From Chiloscyllium plagiosum (Eukaryota), in contig NC_057718.1 of assembly GCF_004010195.1 (NCBI RefSeq), forward strand, positions 22,576,291-22,637,648: a stretch of DNA of 61,358 nucleotides, given 5' to 3'. Shown in pieces: positions 50,601-60,013 of the stretch; the first letter of the stretch is position 1, and every line of letters starts with the position of its first letter. The translations under genes were made by a program, and so were the position numbers. Below the pieces are notes generated by a model. That model was not told where the DNA came from. It did not search any database and saw only the letters and a program-made list of their open reading frames with translations.

Positions 50601-53600
50601 TATTTTTGCCACTCATGAATTTATAAACCTCCATAAAGTCACCCCTCAGTGTCCAATGCTTCAGAGAAAATGGCCCCAGCAAATTCAGCCTCTCCCTATA
50701 ACTCAAACCCTTCAGTCCCAGCAACATCCTTGTAAATCATTTCTGCATCCTTTCAAGTTTAACAACATGCTTCCTGTAGAAAAGCGAACAGAATTGTATG
50801 CATCATTCTAAAAGTGGAGTTACCAATATCCTAGTTTGAGGTGGTTTGCTGCCACCAGTCTTCCTTTGTCTTTGTGTTGTCTTGAGCCTAGCTGGTGATT
50901 AGTGGGAGGGGATATATAGAGTTTTAATGGAAGAGGCACTGTCCTTAGATTATATTATATTTATTGCATGATCGTACTAAGTCCAACTACATTTGGTCAG
51001 ACTTAATTGCTAGGAAACTTGGAGCTGGTACAGATACATCTGTCCCCTCCAAAAGTTATAGTACAACACCTCGTCTCCACCTACAGGTTGTGTCACATCA
51101 GTAGAATGGGTGGAGCCAATGTAACATGAATATTAATTCCTTCCAAATCGTTACCTTATACGACAATAATACAGACCCCTTATTACAGGCGCTGAATACT
51201 GTGTTCTTGTTTGTAGCGTCATTGTCTTTCTGAGATACAAATTTAAAGCACCTCTAGTTATTTGGGACTAATTGGAATTCATCTAACTAGTTTATTTTAC
51301 AAGAAATATAGATATGAATGGATTATTGTGGTATATCAGCTTCATGCCATGAAAAATACTAGCTATGCAACTATAGCTCTCCCAGATTAAGCCAGAACTG
51401 TCCTTATACAACAGACAAGATGGATTTAACGCACTATTCCCAAGGCTTTTATGTATGTTTGTTGTGGTATCTTGCACTTTTCTTTCCAAAAAAAAAGAAA
51501 AGCAATGGTTATCCCTTGATCTATCTCTCAAATAGGTTAACACTTGGCCCACTGAATTTGCTGTTAAAGTTAATGAAAGGCCACCCTCTGGTGTGGCAGG
51601 TTGTGAACCTGATATGTATGAAATGCTGAGACCCATTGTCAACCATAAAGAATTAAAAAAAGTCTACTGTAATGGAAAGTCATTGGCCTAACCTTAATTT
51701 CAAAGTTAAAAGAACATGGAAAAGCAAGCAGCTGATTTCTGAAAAAAACCCAGAAATTTCTGGAACAACTCAGGTCCATTCTGAAGAAGGGGCACTGGAC
51801 CCAAAAGGTTTACTCTGCTTTCCCTCACAGATGCTGCCAGACCGACTGAATTTTCCAGAAATTTCTGGGTTTTTTCTAATTTTCATCATCCGCAGTCCTT
51901 TGGTTTTATGTTTAGTTGATATCAGTGAACTTAGATAGGATATCACCTGTATCCTATCTAACCACATTCTAAATAGAAGTTAAACCCTTTATGTGCTCAA
52001 ACCTTTGACATCATGTTAAACAAAAGCCTTTTCAGGACATTACTAACATAGTAATATTGATTCATGGTACTGGAACACTCTGCATCTCAGTCCTCTGCAA
52101 TCTCTCATCATCTAGATCAAAGGTGGGGAACCTTTTCATAATGGAAGGCCGCATTATGTTAGTTGTAATCTAATAAGGCTGCATCCAAGAAACTTCAATT
52201 ATATATTCTTCAAAATTCACATTATTTTGTAAAAATCTAACTACTAATTTTCTTTTACTCTCTGGTATTTTAAGTATATTAATTTTAAGATTAAAATAAA
52301 AATAATAAAGGATGAAAAAAAATAAAAGATTTGTTCTGCAAAAATTTGGATTCATTCAAAAGGCCACACACAATGGTCTTTAGGCCTTCCCACCCCTAGA
52401 TGATATGCTACTTTCCTTCTTTCCTCCCCAAATCTATCGTTATCCCCTTTTAGTCTAGTAATTTCCCTTCCAAACTTATTTTCCTACCTACAGAGGTAGG
52501 AAGCATTACCAAAACTTCCAAGATGTAAGGAAACAATCACAAACATTTTGGATATGATTACAAAAGACTGGGGATGCATTATACTTTTGTATTAACTTTG
52601 GTGGATCAGGATGAAACCTGCTTTATCAGTCAGTGTATTTGTTTGATTTTGTCCTTGGCTGTTTATTTGAAAAACAGAGGTAGAAAGGAAGCAAAGTAGC
52701 AGAAACACGTTCTGCAGCCGAGTAATGTTGAAGTGTTACAAGAAGATCAACAGATTGCAACCCAAGAAGGCTTTCCCAACCATATAGAGCCAGCTTATGT
52801 ATCCCAGTAGAGGAGAAACACAGCAGTTTGGTGTTGCCCTAAGAGACTGACACAATTCTGGTACAGCTGACCTACTTCTTTTTCAAACAGAGAGGAAAAG
52901 AAGACCTTCTCCTAATGGAATCCCAGAATGTGGCAACTCTCGAGTAACTCATTTACTTCCATTGCCCTACCCTTTCCCCATACATTATTAAACTTTTCTT
53001 GTTTCATATCTTGAAAATGAAAATTAATAGCAATTAAAATCACATATGCAAGCATTTTACAGTTGAACCAATGATGTAGTACTCAATTACACCATTCTGC
53101 TAAAGAATAGGAAACCGGTATAAAATACAGTAAGTTAGTCAGTAGTAAAGGAGAGCGCAAAGGGGGGGAGGCATCACATTATCTTCATCTGTGATGACCA
53201 ATGTTACCATAAATGATTTGTAAGTTCTATTCATATAAAGATGTAGTTCAGGACATAACTGCTCTTCTTTGTTCACTTCCATTGTTAGTACAACCCTTCC
53301 AGAAAAGTTGGATTATTTTGTAAACAAATATGCAGAGCACAGTCATGACAAATGGGCAATGGACAAGGTAAGCCTGTTAATATTGTTTTAGTCTTGCTTG
53401 AGTTTCTTTAAGATTCACAGTGTAGGCAATGGAGGGCGCACCCTCCTCTTGAGCTTTCATTGATGCTGCTGTGCATTGACCTTTGAAAAGCAGGCAAAAG
53501 TGACCTCTCGTTGTTGCTGATCATCGTCTTCTGATAGAAGCATGACGAACATAGGAACTCATTAGTTAGAGGACTGAATTTAAAACCTGCTGTTATTATG

Positions 53601-56600
53601 TAATAATATGCTGTGTTACTGTACCTTTTATAGACAGCGTAAGACACCTATAAGAGCATTTGTCTCTTATTTTTTGCAGTGACATTTAGTTTTGTTTTGC
53701 TACAATTGAGCTGCTTGCTCATCATGTCACAATAGTGTACCACTTGTGAGCAGAACTTTTCTGAGGGAAAATAGGATGCTTTAAGATTTCATTTCCCCCC
53801 ATACCTCCCAAGGAATTGTTGGATACATTTTCTCCCAATTTAGATCTGTTTTGATCTCTACAAGATCCTGACCTATTTTCTGCTGAACATATGATAAAAC
53901 AGTTCGCTCTTAGACTGTGTTGAGTGTGTAAATACTGTAACTGTGACTGTTCTGTTTCGTTCTTTGTAGGGGAGTGTTCTGCACTATATGTACCACCTCT
54001 CCTTAGCATTGCATGCAACACCAGGAACTTGCCGTATTGACTAGTACTCATTGAAACAGCACTTTACAGCTTCATGAGATATTTGAATACCAGCATACTG
54101 CATCAATAACTGTTAGGCCAGCTGAGTTTGCTACAGTGCTATGGAACAGGCCAGATCTCTTCACAATATTTTAAGAAGGTAGCCTAGACCCTAACCCTTT
54201 CTTATTTTAAAGGCAGATGTGAAATGGATATTCCAGGAGTGATGTAGCTGGTCAAACCACTCGGCTTTTAGCAAAACGGAATTTTTTAAAACTCTACAGT
54301 TGAAACACAAACGAAAGGAAGCAGAATTTAGTGTAACTTTACCGGAAAACTTAACTGACCCGATACAGTAACTATTACTAATTAACTGTTCCAATACAGT
54401 AACATCCCATAAACACACACCTTGGCAAAAAGGTAAGTTCAAACACAGCTTCTTACAGGTAGAAGGAACAACTTCCACAGAGAGATTTCTGAATAAAGTC
54501 AGAAGAATTCATTACTGAAGCTTGCAATTCTCCTGCACTTACACATCCTGTGACTGCTACAGCTAAAAACAAGGTAGAGAAAAACTTGAACTGGGAGAAT
54601 TGGCCACTCCCCTTCCATTGTTAAACTCAACTCTTAGGCACCTCTGCCTTTCCAACCTCTCTTCAAAACAAAATCAAGGACAAAGTAACCTTTTTAAAGC
54701 GACAGCATTGTCACAACAGTGGTTGAATATTGTCAATGATTTATTGAAACCCAAACAATGATAAGAACAAAATAACCTGGTGTTATTTTTCCAGTTTGCA
54801 AATGGATGGGTGTATGGTGAAACATGCAGTGAAGCTGCCAAGATTCATCCTTTGTTAAAACCATTCAAACTTCTATCTGAAAAGGTAGGTAGGAGAGACG
54901 TACTTATCTCATCAATAGATGTGATTGTATAGAGCAAAATGAATACACAAGAATGATTAAATTGTAACAATGCAAAAAGGATAATGGTGTAAACTTGCAG
55001 AGTGAAAACTGAACAGTTTATCATTGTTGAGGCAAAATACTATTGATGCTGGAAATCTGAAACCAACACACTGAATATTAGAGAAGCTCAGCATGCCAGT
55101 ATAACTCTTCTGAACTGAACGGAATTGGAAAATTTCTTTTATACTTTTGATAGAGGCAGAAGCCCATGCCAAAGACAGATGGATTTTACATTGCAGAGAA
55201 AGATAAAATAGATTTGAATGAATGTAAATGAAGCTGTGAAAAGGAGAGAATGAGTCTTGTCTACTGAGTGAGTTTTAGCAAACATTTTATCCAACAATAA
55301 GAGGAGTCTATGGCATAGTGCATAACATCGTTATATCATGGCCTGACGCTCCAAGTTCAAATCCCACCTCAACACTTGATGACTGTGGAAGGTGTACAGT
55401 AATGTAATCAAACATGTTGATTATCAATCTGTAAATCCTTCATATACACCTATGGCAGCAGAGAGAGTGGGAGAATGTTCTTGTCAGCCAGCCAGTGTGA
55501 TAGCTGCATGCAACAGCCTCCCCATGTTAAGAGTCCGCACAGATCAATTGCCATGAGCAAGTGTCATCCTCATTCTGAGACACTAAGATACGAACAATCA
55601 GTAACCAGAAAGTAATAAAAGCAGAACACACTTTCAAAGCACTAGTATTTACCAGAAAAATTGTCTTTGATGTGCTATTCTCCAGAGGGATTTGGGTCTC
55701 CAAGGCTGCTACAATTTGAATATGTCTAAAGTCAAGGCACCCACCAATCTTTCCCACATTTGTATCTGATGCCTCACAAATAAAAGTAAATCCCAAATCA
55801 CTTGTTCCAATTGTCAAGGCTGTTGATGGCCAAACCTTCAGACACATCTCCTAACTGTGCTAACCAAAGGGAACATGTGGAGCCCAGAGGCAGTCCTTGA
55901 ACTTCGAGGGTTGGAAGCTGGCATGTATTATACTGGGATCATTGTGGATAGTTTGTAATCTAAACATCTGTTTAGATTAGGTCTGACTTCTGTTGATATT
56001 TATAAGTCAAACATTTATCACATATTCATGCCATTCCCTCTGTTGTGCATATTACCAGCTCTTTGAAAGAACTACTTGATCAGTTCCATTCTCCGTAGTC
56101 CTACAATTCTCTCCTTTCTTGAATATTTATTCAATTCCCTTTATAAAGAGATCAATAAATTTCCTTAATCTTTCACCAATTCATTAGAAAGGACTGTCAA
56201 TAAGTTATTGGCTAAGTGAGACCCCAGTATAAGAAATGTACCATAATCATGCGATTGTTGCTGTCTGTTAAACATTAAACAAAAATTATTCACAATTCTA
56301 AGCCCTCTTTCTCTTATTGCATATTATCTGCTTCCAACTCGAGAACAATATACTGTTCCAATAAAATATTTATTAAAATTACATCAACTTAATTTCAAAA
56401 CCATACAACAGGCATCTGTCTTCTTCTGGCTGAAGATCTTACTGGGTCATCTTTCTTTTTACTGCAAATATGTTTCATATGAAAAGGTACCTTTGATATA
56501 GATTGTTTCCTAATTTCTTGGATTTGTGTTGATGGCAGTTGCTCTGACTGATTTTCAAACTGCTAGGCTTTTTTATATCCCAAACATTGGATCATCTCAT

Positions 56601-57806
56601 TGATTCAATGTTGGCAAAACAATAAATTCAAACTCAATTGGGTTTTAATATCTGGGGGCATAATTTATACTGGTTAAATTTGAATTGTTGTCAAAACAGC
56701 AACCAACACAGGTATCCATTTCACAGCCAAATGTAACATATTTTCAATTTTCCAGTAAACTCTGGGGTTGCTGTTTAGTCATATGACACAGGTGCTTGTA
56801 AGCTCTTAATGCAGAACAACATTCACTCTCTCTTAAAGATACAGTGTACCCTTTCAATTTTATAAAAGTTTCATAAGCTAATATTGAGTTCAACAATTTC
56901 AGGTTGTGAACCCACTCTCATTACTTCCCTTTTAGCTTTACTTGTTGCATTCTCTGTCACCATATCCTCTCTTTCTCCCCCCATTTCATTGGGACCATCT
57001 ATTCTTTCCAGCTTGGCAGTTCTCACATTCCAATTAGGAGAAAGTGAGGATGGCAGATTCTGGAGATCAGAGTCAAAAAGTGTGACACAAGAAAAGCACA
57101 GCAGGTCAGGCAGCATCAGCAGAGCAGGAGCGTCAACGTTTCAGGCATAAGCCCATCATAAGGAATGATGAAAGGCTTATGCCCAAAACGTAGACTCTCC
57201 TGCTTCTCAATGCTGCCTGACCTACTGTACCTGCTCCACACTTTTCGACTCACATTCCAATCACTTAATCTGCACTATCAACACCCTTTCTCCCCCAGCG
57301 CTCTATCCTGTACTATTGCATAAATGCTATCCCCTCCACATTTCACATCAGCTCTGATGAAGAGTCATCTAGACTCAAAACATTAGCTTGCTCTCTCTCC
57401 ATGGATTCTGCCTGACCCGCTGTGATTTCCACAATATTTTATTATCAGCACAGATTCCAGCATCTGCAGTAATTTGCCCTGATATAAAAATCTCTGTAAT
57501 CTTGACTTGGACTTACTGTCGCCCAGTTAGGACTTAAAACCATATCATCACTTACTTCCGACAATTGAAGGCAAACCAGCTGGATATTTTTGATTTCTTT
57601 TAAAATCGTCCGTTATACTTTTAAAAAAAAATGTAATTCTAAATGAGAATGTTCCAATAACATTTCAGGACAAAGAAGTGTATCGGTGGCCAATAAAGGA
57701 GTCTCTAAAAACAATGGTTGCCTGGAGCTGGACAATTGCACGAACGAGAGAAGGTGAATCCATGGTTCTGTATAACAGAACACGTCGAATATCGCAGTCA
57801 AGTCAG
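2591..57806 (+). CDS. RYR2: Ryanodine receptor 2, internal part of gene: 18 coding exons, 840 aa (about human RyR2 aa 1973-2812); gene continues beyond both window ends
   Basis: Exons splice in phase at GT-AG into one open frame. Segments such as [38 protein letters not shown] and YNRTRRISQ match RyR2 rather than RyR1 or RyR3. Confidence 0.96.
3726..4580 (-). mobile_element. PLE 3' part (Penelope/Poseidon-type GIY-YIG endonuclease plus terminal repeat)
   Basis: Minus-strand ORF pieces [33 protein letters not shown]; degenerate hammerhead-like motif near 3825-3863. Confidence 0.85.
5946..6573. mobile_element. Solo LTR (628 bp), TG...CA, 4-bp TSD CCTT
   Basis: Termini TGTTATG...CATCACA; CCTT at 5942-5945 and 6574-6577; homologous to 54137-54715. 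Confidence 0.8.
6925..7068 (+). CDS. RYR2: RYR2 exon B (144 nt) [47 protein letters not shown]
   Basis: tttttacag acceptor, gttagt donor; phase 1-1. Confidence 0.93.
7255..7445. mobile_element. Decayed fold-back PLE terminal element
   Basis: Degenerate inverted PLE-end motifs (tgctggaaa / gaaacattaactc / ccagcatttt). Confidence 0.5.
7963..8236 (+). CDS. RYR2: RYR2 exon C (274 nt) [15 protein letters not shown]...[11 protein letters not shown]
   Basis: ttctttag acceptor, gtgagt donor; within ORF 7932-8240. Confidence 0.97.
8711..8913 (+). mobile_element. Fold-back PLE terminal element, 81-bp arms, 15-bp TSD
   Basis: Arms 8705-8785 and 8799-8879; tatacctttaaaaga at 8696-8710 and 8914-8928. 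Confidence 0.85.
10977..11091 (+). CDS. RYR2: RYR2 exon D (115 nt) [38 protein letters not shown]
   Basis: cacatag acceptor, gtagat donor; highly conserved RyR peptide. Confidence 0.96.
11629..14714 (+). mobile_element. CR1 LINE, decayed ORF2 (APE endonuclease + RT) to 3' UTR
   Basis: [60 protein letters not shown]; stops and frameshifts. Confidence 0.93.
14037..14186 (+). repeat. 150-bp direct copy of 15196-15344 inserted in the CR1
   Basis: Direct comparison, about 11 differences. Confidence 0.9.
14869..15001 (+). CDS. RYR2: RYR2 exon E (133 nt) [44 protein letters not shown]
   Basis: gcttag acceptor, gtgagg donor. Confidence 0.96.
15196..15510 (+). mobile_element. Old decayed SINE, 3' part (tail resembles the old LINE at 40-48 kb)
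   Basis: ttgttgtaaaaa..ctgcttcattaat, ttgactcttaactgcc, cacatcccc..atgaataaaaaaa end. Confidence 0.55.
16115..16332. mobile_element. Tigger/pogo-like MITE (Tc1/mariner)
   Basis: TA flanks; imperfect TIRs CAGGTCATTCAGCTATAACGCG vs CAGTCAGTTCTGCCTTAACACG; internal tataacacg repeats. Confidence 0.7.
16403..16506 (+). CDS. RYR2: RYR2 exon F (104 nt) [35 protein letters not shown]
   Basis: ttaacag acceptor, gtatgt donor. Confidence 0.96.
16880..17490 (+). mobile_element. Decayed Neptune-type PLE endonuclease fragment, interrupted by a SINE
   Basis: LTDHFAEHL...VACH and [26 protein letters not shown] on either side of the SINE. Confidence 0.7.
17047..17394 (+). mobile_element. HE1-like V-SINE, older subfamily
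   Basis: tRNA head, V-domain, tail ending tagggattctatga. Confidence 0.85.
17557..17752. mobile_element. Fold-back PLE terminal element (different family), 13-bp TSD
   Basis: Inverted arms caccagg..atagtcca..caggttgatttgaaat / atttcaaatcaacctgttggactataacctggtg; tcttgtttgcatg at 17544-17556 and 17753-17765. Confidence 0.75.
18712..19026 (-). mobile_element. HE1-like V-SINE
   Basis: Reverse complement of the 371-699 family. Confidence 0.9.
20552..20687 (+). CDS. RYR2: RYR2 exon G (136 nt) [45 protein letters not shown]
   Basis: ttctccag acceptor, gtaagg donor. Confidence 0.96.
21705..21810 (+). mobile_element. Short tRNA-headed SINE-like repeat (related to 39153-39268)
   Basis: Shares gggttcttgtg...gctccaga...ggttgattagaaaatatc with the second copy. 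Confidence 0.5.
22827..23013 (+). CDS. RYR2: RYR2 exon H (187 nt) [30 protein letters not shown]...DESSRR
   Basis: tttgtag acceptor, gtgagt donor. Confidence 0.96.
23500..23817 (+). mobile_element. HE1-like V-SINE, young
   Basis: gggcggcacggtggcacagtggttagc head to aatctaatc tail. Confidence 0.92.
24738..24843 (+). CDS. RYR2: RYR2 exon I (106 nt) [35 protein letters not shown]
   Basis: ttaatag acceptor, gtaagt donor. Confidence 0.95.
25329..26870 (+). mobile_element. CR1 LINE, 5'-truncated, RT to (ttctatg)n tail
   Basis: ORF 25357-25884 with QHGF...[13 protein letters not shown]; same subfamily as 11629-14714. Confidence 0.94.
27203..27323 (+). CDS. RYR2: RYR2 exon J (121 nt) [40 protein letters not shown]
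   Basis: gtaatag acceptor, gtgagt donor. Confidence 0.95.
28379..28936. repeat. 175-bp tandem duplication; second copy split by a SINE
   Basis: Unit 1 is 28379-28553; unit 2 is 28554-28670 plus 28878-28936; about 3 differences. Confidence 0.92.
28671..28877 (-). mobile_element. 5'-truncated HE1-like SINE
   Basis: (agatt)n tail, then SINE body ending inside the V-domain. Confidence 0.9.
29958..30127 (+). CDS. RYR2: RYR2 exon K (170 nt) [56 protein letters not shown]
   Basis: ccttttag acceptor, gtgggt donor. Confidence 0.96.
30663..31623 (+). mobile_element. CR1 LINE 3' fragment (contains an assembly gap)
   Basis: [21 protein letters not shown]...KFADDTK; (ttctatg)n tail. Confidence 0.92.
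31120..31386. other. Assembly gap (N run)
   Basis: 267 N. Confidence 1.
31627..32833 (+). mobile_element. CR1 LINE 3' fragment, interrupted by a SINE
   Basis: [15 protein letters not shown]...[14 protein letters not shown]; ctctatgactcta tail. Confidence 0.92.
31738..32060 (-). mobile_element. HE1-like V-SINE, young, nested in CR1
   Basis: Splits the CR1 sequence cattttg|gaaagcaaat. Confidence 0.92.
33003..34733 (+). mobile_element. CR1 LINE, 5'-truncated
   Basis: [37 protein letters not shown]; 3' UTR. Confidence 0.93.
34604..34687. repeat. Perfect 42-bp tandem duplication in CR1 3' UTR
   Basis: agattaggttaagatatctggttggcatggacgagttggact x2. Confidence 0.95.
35888..36228 (-). mobile_element. 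HE1-like V-SINE, older
   Basis: Reverse complement of SINE body and head. Confidence 0.85.
36395..36615 (+). CDS. RYR2: RYR2 exon L (221 nt) [24 protein letters not shown]...[10 protein letters not shown]
   Basis: tctctag acceptor, gtaagt donor. Confidence 0.96.
36981..37635 (-). mobile_element. Neptune-type PLE 3' fragment
   Basis: Minus [13 protein letters not shown]...; PLE terminal motif near 37020-37115. Confidence 0.8.
38058..38148 (+). CDS. RYR2: RYR2 exon M (91 nt) [30 protein letters not shown]
   Basis: tacacag acceptor, gtaagt donor. Confidence 0.96.
38670..38996. mobile_element. Tigger/pogo-like MITE, 26-bp TIRs, TA TSD
   Basis: CAGGTACACAATCCTTTATCCGAAAT vs CAGGTATACAATCCTTTATCCGAAAT; TA on both flanks. 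Confidence 0.92.
39153..39268 (-). mobile_element. Short tRNA-headed SINE-like repeat
   Basis: Minus-strand B-box-like gagttcaagtc; similar copy at 21705-21810. Confidence 0.55.
39442..39634 (-). mobile_element. Fold-back PLE terminal element, 62-bp arms, 15-bp TSD
   Basis: Arms 39480-39541 and 39572-39633; ttaatgtagaagtta at 39427-39441 and 39635-39649. Confidence 0.88.
39542..39569 (-). ncRNA. Minimal type-I hammerhead ribozyme core (PLE type)
   Basis: Minus strand reads CTGAAGA a GGGC ttat GCCC GAAAC GTC. Confidence 0.7.
40085..41380 (+). mobile_element. Old CR1/L2-group LINE fragments (interrupted at about 40860-41180)
   Basis: Degenerate [18 protein letters not shown] segment; same family as 45995-48870. 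Confidence 0.7.
41820..42146 (-). mobile_element. CR1 3' end
   Basis: Reverse complement of CR1 C-terminus and 3' UTR. Confidence 0.8.
42957..45018 (+). mobile_element. Neptune-type PLE with long inverted arm (minus arm about 42957-43791; plus arm about 43803-45018), 15-bp TSD
   Basis: [16 protein letters not shown] thumb, CxxxKCKTCAH linker, [32 protein letters not shown]; ctccttcc(c/t)agggat at 42942-42956 and 45019-45033. Confidence 0.9.
45304..45444 (+). CDS. RYR2: RYR2 exon N (141 nt) [47 protein letters not shown]
   Basis: tcttccag acceptor, gtacct donor; phase 0-0. Confidence 0.96.
47412..47743 (+). mobile_element. HE1-like V-SINE, young
   Basis: Full head to (taatc)n tail. Confidence 0.93.
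48246..48500 (+). mobile_element. PLE 3' terminal fragment with a SINE tail (about 48317-48369) replacing its middle
   Basis: Colinear with 49588-49932 apart from the SINE tail. Confidence 0.85.
48375..48402 (+). ncRNA. Minimal type-I hammerhead ribozyme core (PLE type), sense to RYR2
   Basis: CTGAAGA a GGGC ttat GTCC GAAAC GTC; stem II has one G-U pair. Confidence 0.65.
49059..49222 (+). CDS. RYR2: RYR2 exon O (164 nt) [54 protein letters not shown]
   Basis: ttctgcag acceptor; gtttga donor is weak but gives the phase needed for the next exon. Confidence 0.93.
49309..49931 (+). mobile_element. Neptune-type PLE 3' fragment, 13-bp TSD, inserted in an antisense CR1 tail
   Basis: [13 protein letters not shown] linker; ccatttatcccat at 49296-49308 and 49932-49944. 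Confidence 0.88.
49494..49525. other. Assembly gap (N run)
   Basis: 32 N. Confidence 1.
50300..50830 (-). mobile_element. CR1 3' fragment; older CR1 tail pieces also at about 49275-49308 and 49932-50300
   Basis: Minus [23 protein letters not shown]. Confidence 0.88.
51737..51910. mobile_element. Short fold-back PLE terminal element, decayed
   Basis: aaaacccagaaatttctggaa / ttccagaaatttctgggtttt arms around ctgaagaagggg..gaccc. Confidence 0.65.
52118..52398. mobile_element. hAT (Charlie-like) MITE
   Basis: Termini caaaggtggggaacct ... aggccttcccacccct; flank atctagat fits the nTCTAGAn target. Confidence 0.55.
53289..53367 (+). CDS. RYR2: RYR2 exon P (79 nt) [26 protein letters not shown] (RyR repeat 3)
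   Basis: ttgttag acceptor, gtaagc donor. Confidence 0.94.
54137..54715. mobile_element. Solo LTR (579 bp), TG...CA, 4-bp TSD ACAG
   Basis: ACAG at 54133-54136 and 54716-54719; homologous to 5946-6573. Confidence 0.8.
54795..54884 (+). CDS. RYR2: RYR2 exon Q (90 nt) [30 protein letters not shown]
   Basis: tttttccag acceptor, gtaggt donor; RyR-repeat GWxYG/HP motif. Confidence 0.95.
56873..57480 (+). mobile_element. Decayed PLE 3' end hosting a nested fold-back PLE element (57035-57248, 13-bp TSD)
   Basis: aatattgagttcaacaatttc start; ctgatgaagagtcatctagactc motif; ctcacattccaat at 57022-57034 and 57249-57261. Confidence 0.8.
57669..57806 (+). CDS. RYR2: RYR2 exon R (138 nt) [46 protein letters not shown]; contains S2808-equivalent
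   Basis: catttcag acceptor, gtaagc donor. Confidence 0.96.
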
Positions 57807-58237
57807 GTAAGCCCAACAGAAAAAAACTTCATTGACCAATTCTTCATTGACCAATATTGCTACTGAATTGTTTTAGAATGCATTTAGCTTTTTTTTTTAT
57901 CAACTTAAAACCAATTGGAACTTGATACACTCACTGGAGGATGGGAAAAGGTTTGCGGCTATAAGGGCTGCTCCTTTTTTGAGGTTTTTTTCAGTGCTGA
58001 AGCTGATTTCCTCGAACTCTTGGAGCGGTAATTACTGTTTTATAAGCTGTTGCATTGTTTTGGAACTTTTTGGAAACAAAAAGATCAAAACAGTGGCACT
58101 TTAACAAGGAAGAGAGAGAGAAAGAGAGAGAAAATGGGTACTATGTGAAAGGAGAAAAAAAAGGAACGGTGAACGTCTGTCTGACCAGGCAGTGAACTGT
58201 CACAGCTGACTGCCTGTGCTGTTTAGTTTGGAGAATT

Positions 58238-58495
58238 TCTGGACATCGGAGTCCAAAACTAGAGGGCACAGGTTTAAGGTGAGAGGTGGTGTGTGTATGG
58301 AATGAGCTGCCAGAGGAAGTGGTGGAGGCTGGTACAATTACAACATTTAAAAGCAACTGGATGGGTATATGAATAAGAAAGGTTTAGAGGGATATGGACC
58401 AAGTGCTGGCAAATGGGACTAGATTAGGATTTCTGGTCAGTGTGGATGAGTTGGACTGAAAGGTCTGTTTCCATGCTGTATATCTTTATGACTCA
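58238..58495 (+). mobile_element. CR1 3' end
   Basis: tggaatgagctgccagaggaagtggtggagg plus 3' UTR. Confidence 0.88.
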
Positions 58496-59774
58496 ATGAT
58501 CATTGTTAGCATTGGGAAAATGACTTTCCTCACAGTGTTTGGCCAAGTTTTTAAAAGCATCAGAATAAAAACAAAATATAGCCCTCTTTCTAATCCTGTC
58601 CCTCACCCGGTTGTCCTGTTCCTCCACTCAATCATCATTGAAGTGTCACCACCTCTTATCAGATACCAGCTTAACTGTCCCCTGCAAACCCAGCAAATCT
58701 TTTGTTTATTAATCAGTGCTATTAATACAGCTTACATACTAAATATTACCCTTAACCCTTAAGGGATATGTCTGCATCCCTTTTCTGATTTTCCTAAGTA
58801 AAATAGGCATGGACAAAATAGGCTTCTAACCAGTGAAATAATATGGCAGCAAAAACTGGATACTGGAATGCTGTGTTTCAGTGGCGCTGGTTAAAACATA
58901 TCTGGCTGAATTCTATCAACAATTAAAAAGTCCCGCGGTAGGAAGTTGATCCTGTGCTGATGAGAGGATTGGACTAAGTGGCAGTGTTTTCCTAGTGGCT
59001 GCCAATTATGAGGCCACCGCTGCATTGAGGATGACAGCTGAATCTCAATGCTACCGGTTCATTCATGATGTTGGCAACGCCATTGTGGTGGCGGCCATTT
59101 CTGATGCTGCAGAATGGAGGAGACATCTGCAATTTGAGATGTTGAAAATCCTTTGTTTCCCTGTATGGACCAGGAAGAGAGACCACAGAGATCAAGGGGT
59201 GCACACTGCAGTAATGGTGTCTGCTATGGCACTGTCATTGTTACCAGGGATCTCATCAGGAGCCATGAAGTGGTATAAAGTGTGAACCTCTGGAAGCTCA
59301 CACAGGCTGCCAGGGTTTTCCTGGTTGTTTGTCCACATAGTAGCATCTCCCAATAATGATGGGGGTGGGAAGTGGCTGTTAATTGGTCACTTTACCAGAC
59401 TAATTGGCCACCTGGTGGATGAGTGCACCATTTAGGGGCTTAACACTAGAGTTCAAAGTACTTTTGAGAGCCACCCTGAAGAGATATTTTCAAGGGCCAC
59501 TTTTTGATTTTCGAGGCTACCTTTTTATGCTTACCAGCTCATTTATTATCTGATTCAGGATGTAATAATAATACTTCTGCACTTATGTGTGTTGACATAT
59601 GTTGTATTTAGACTCTCCCAGAAGCAGAATGAGAAGAGCTCATCAATCAAATCACTCTTAAATATAACGCTGCAGCACACAAGGAAAGTATTCATTTCCC
59701 ATACAAAACACAACTTAAATTTGTACAAGCCAACTTGCATAACTTAGCAACACAAGTTTGTTTAAAAGTCAAAA

Positions 59775-60013
59775 TAGGCAACTTTTTTCACGCAGAGGAT
59801 GGTGTGTGTATGGAATGAGCTGCCAGAGGAAGTGGTGGAGGCTGGAATGATTACAACATTTAAAAGGCATCTGGATGGGTAAATGGTTAGGGATGGTTTA
59901 GAGGGATATGAGCCAAATGCTAGCAAATAGGGCTAGATTTATGTAGGATTTTGGTCGGCATGTACAAGTTGGACAAAGGGTCTGTTCCCATCTGTATATC
60001 TCTATGACTCTAT
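59775..60013 (+). mobile_element. CR1 3' end
   Basis: Same motif; ctctatgactcta tail. Confidence 0.88.

Noticed and set aside
57807..57866. Read-through VSP after SSQ mimicking V2813-S2814
   Set aside because: GTAAGC is the splice donor; homology ends there and a stop follows.
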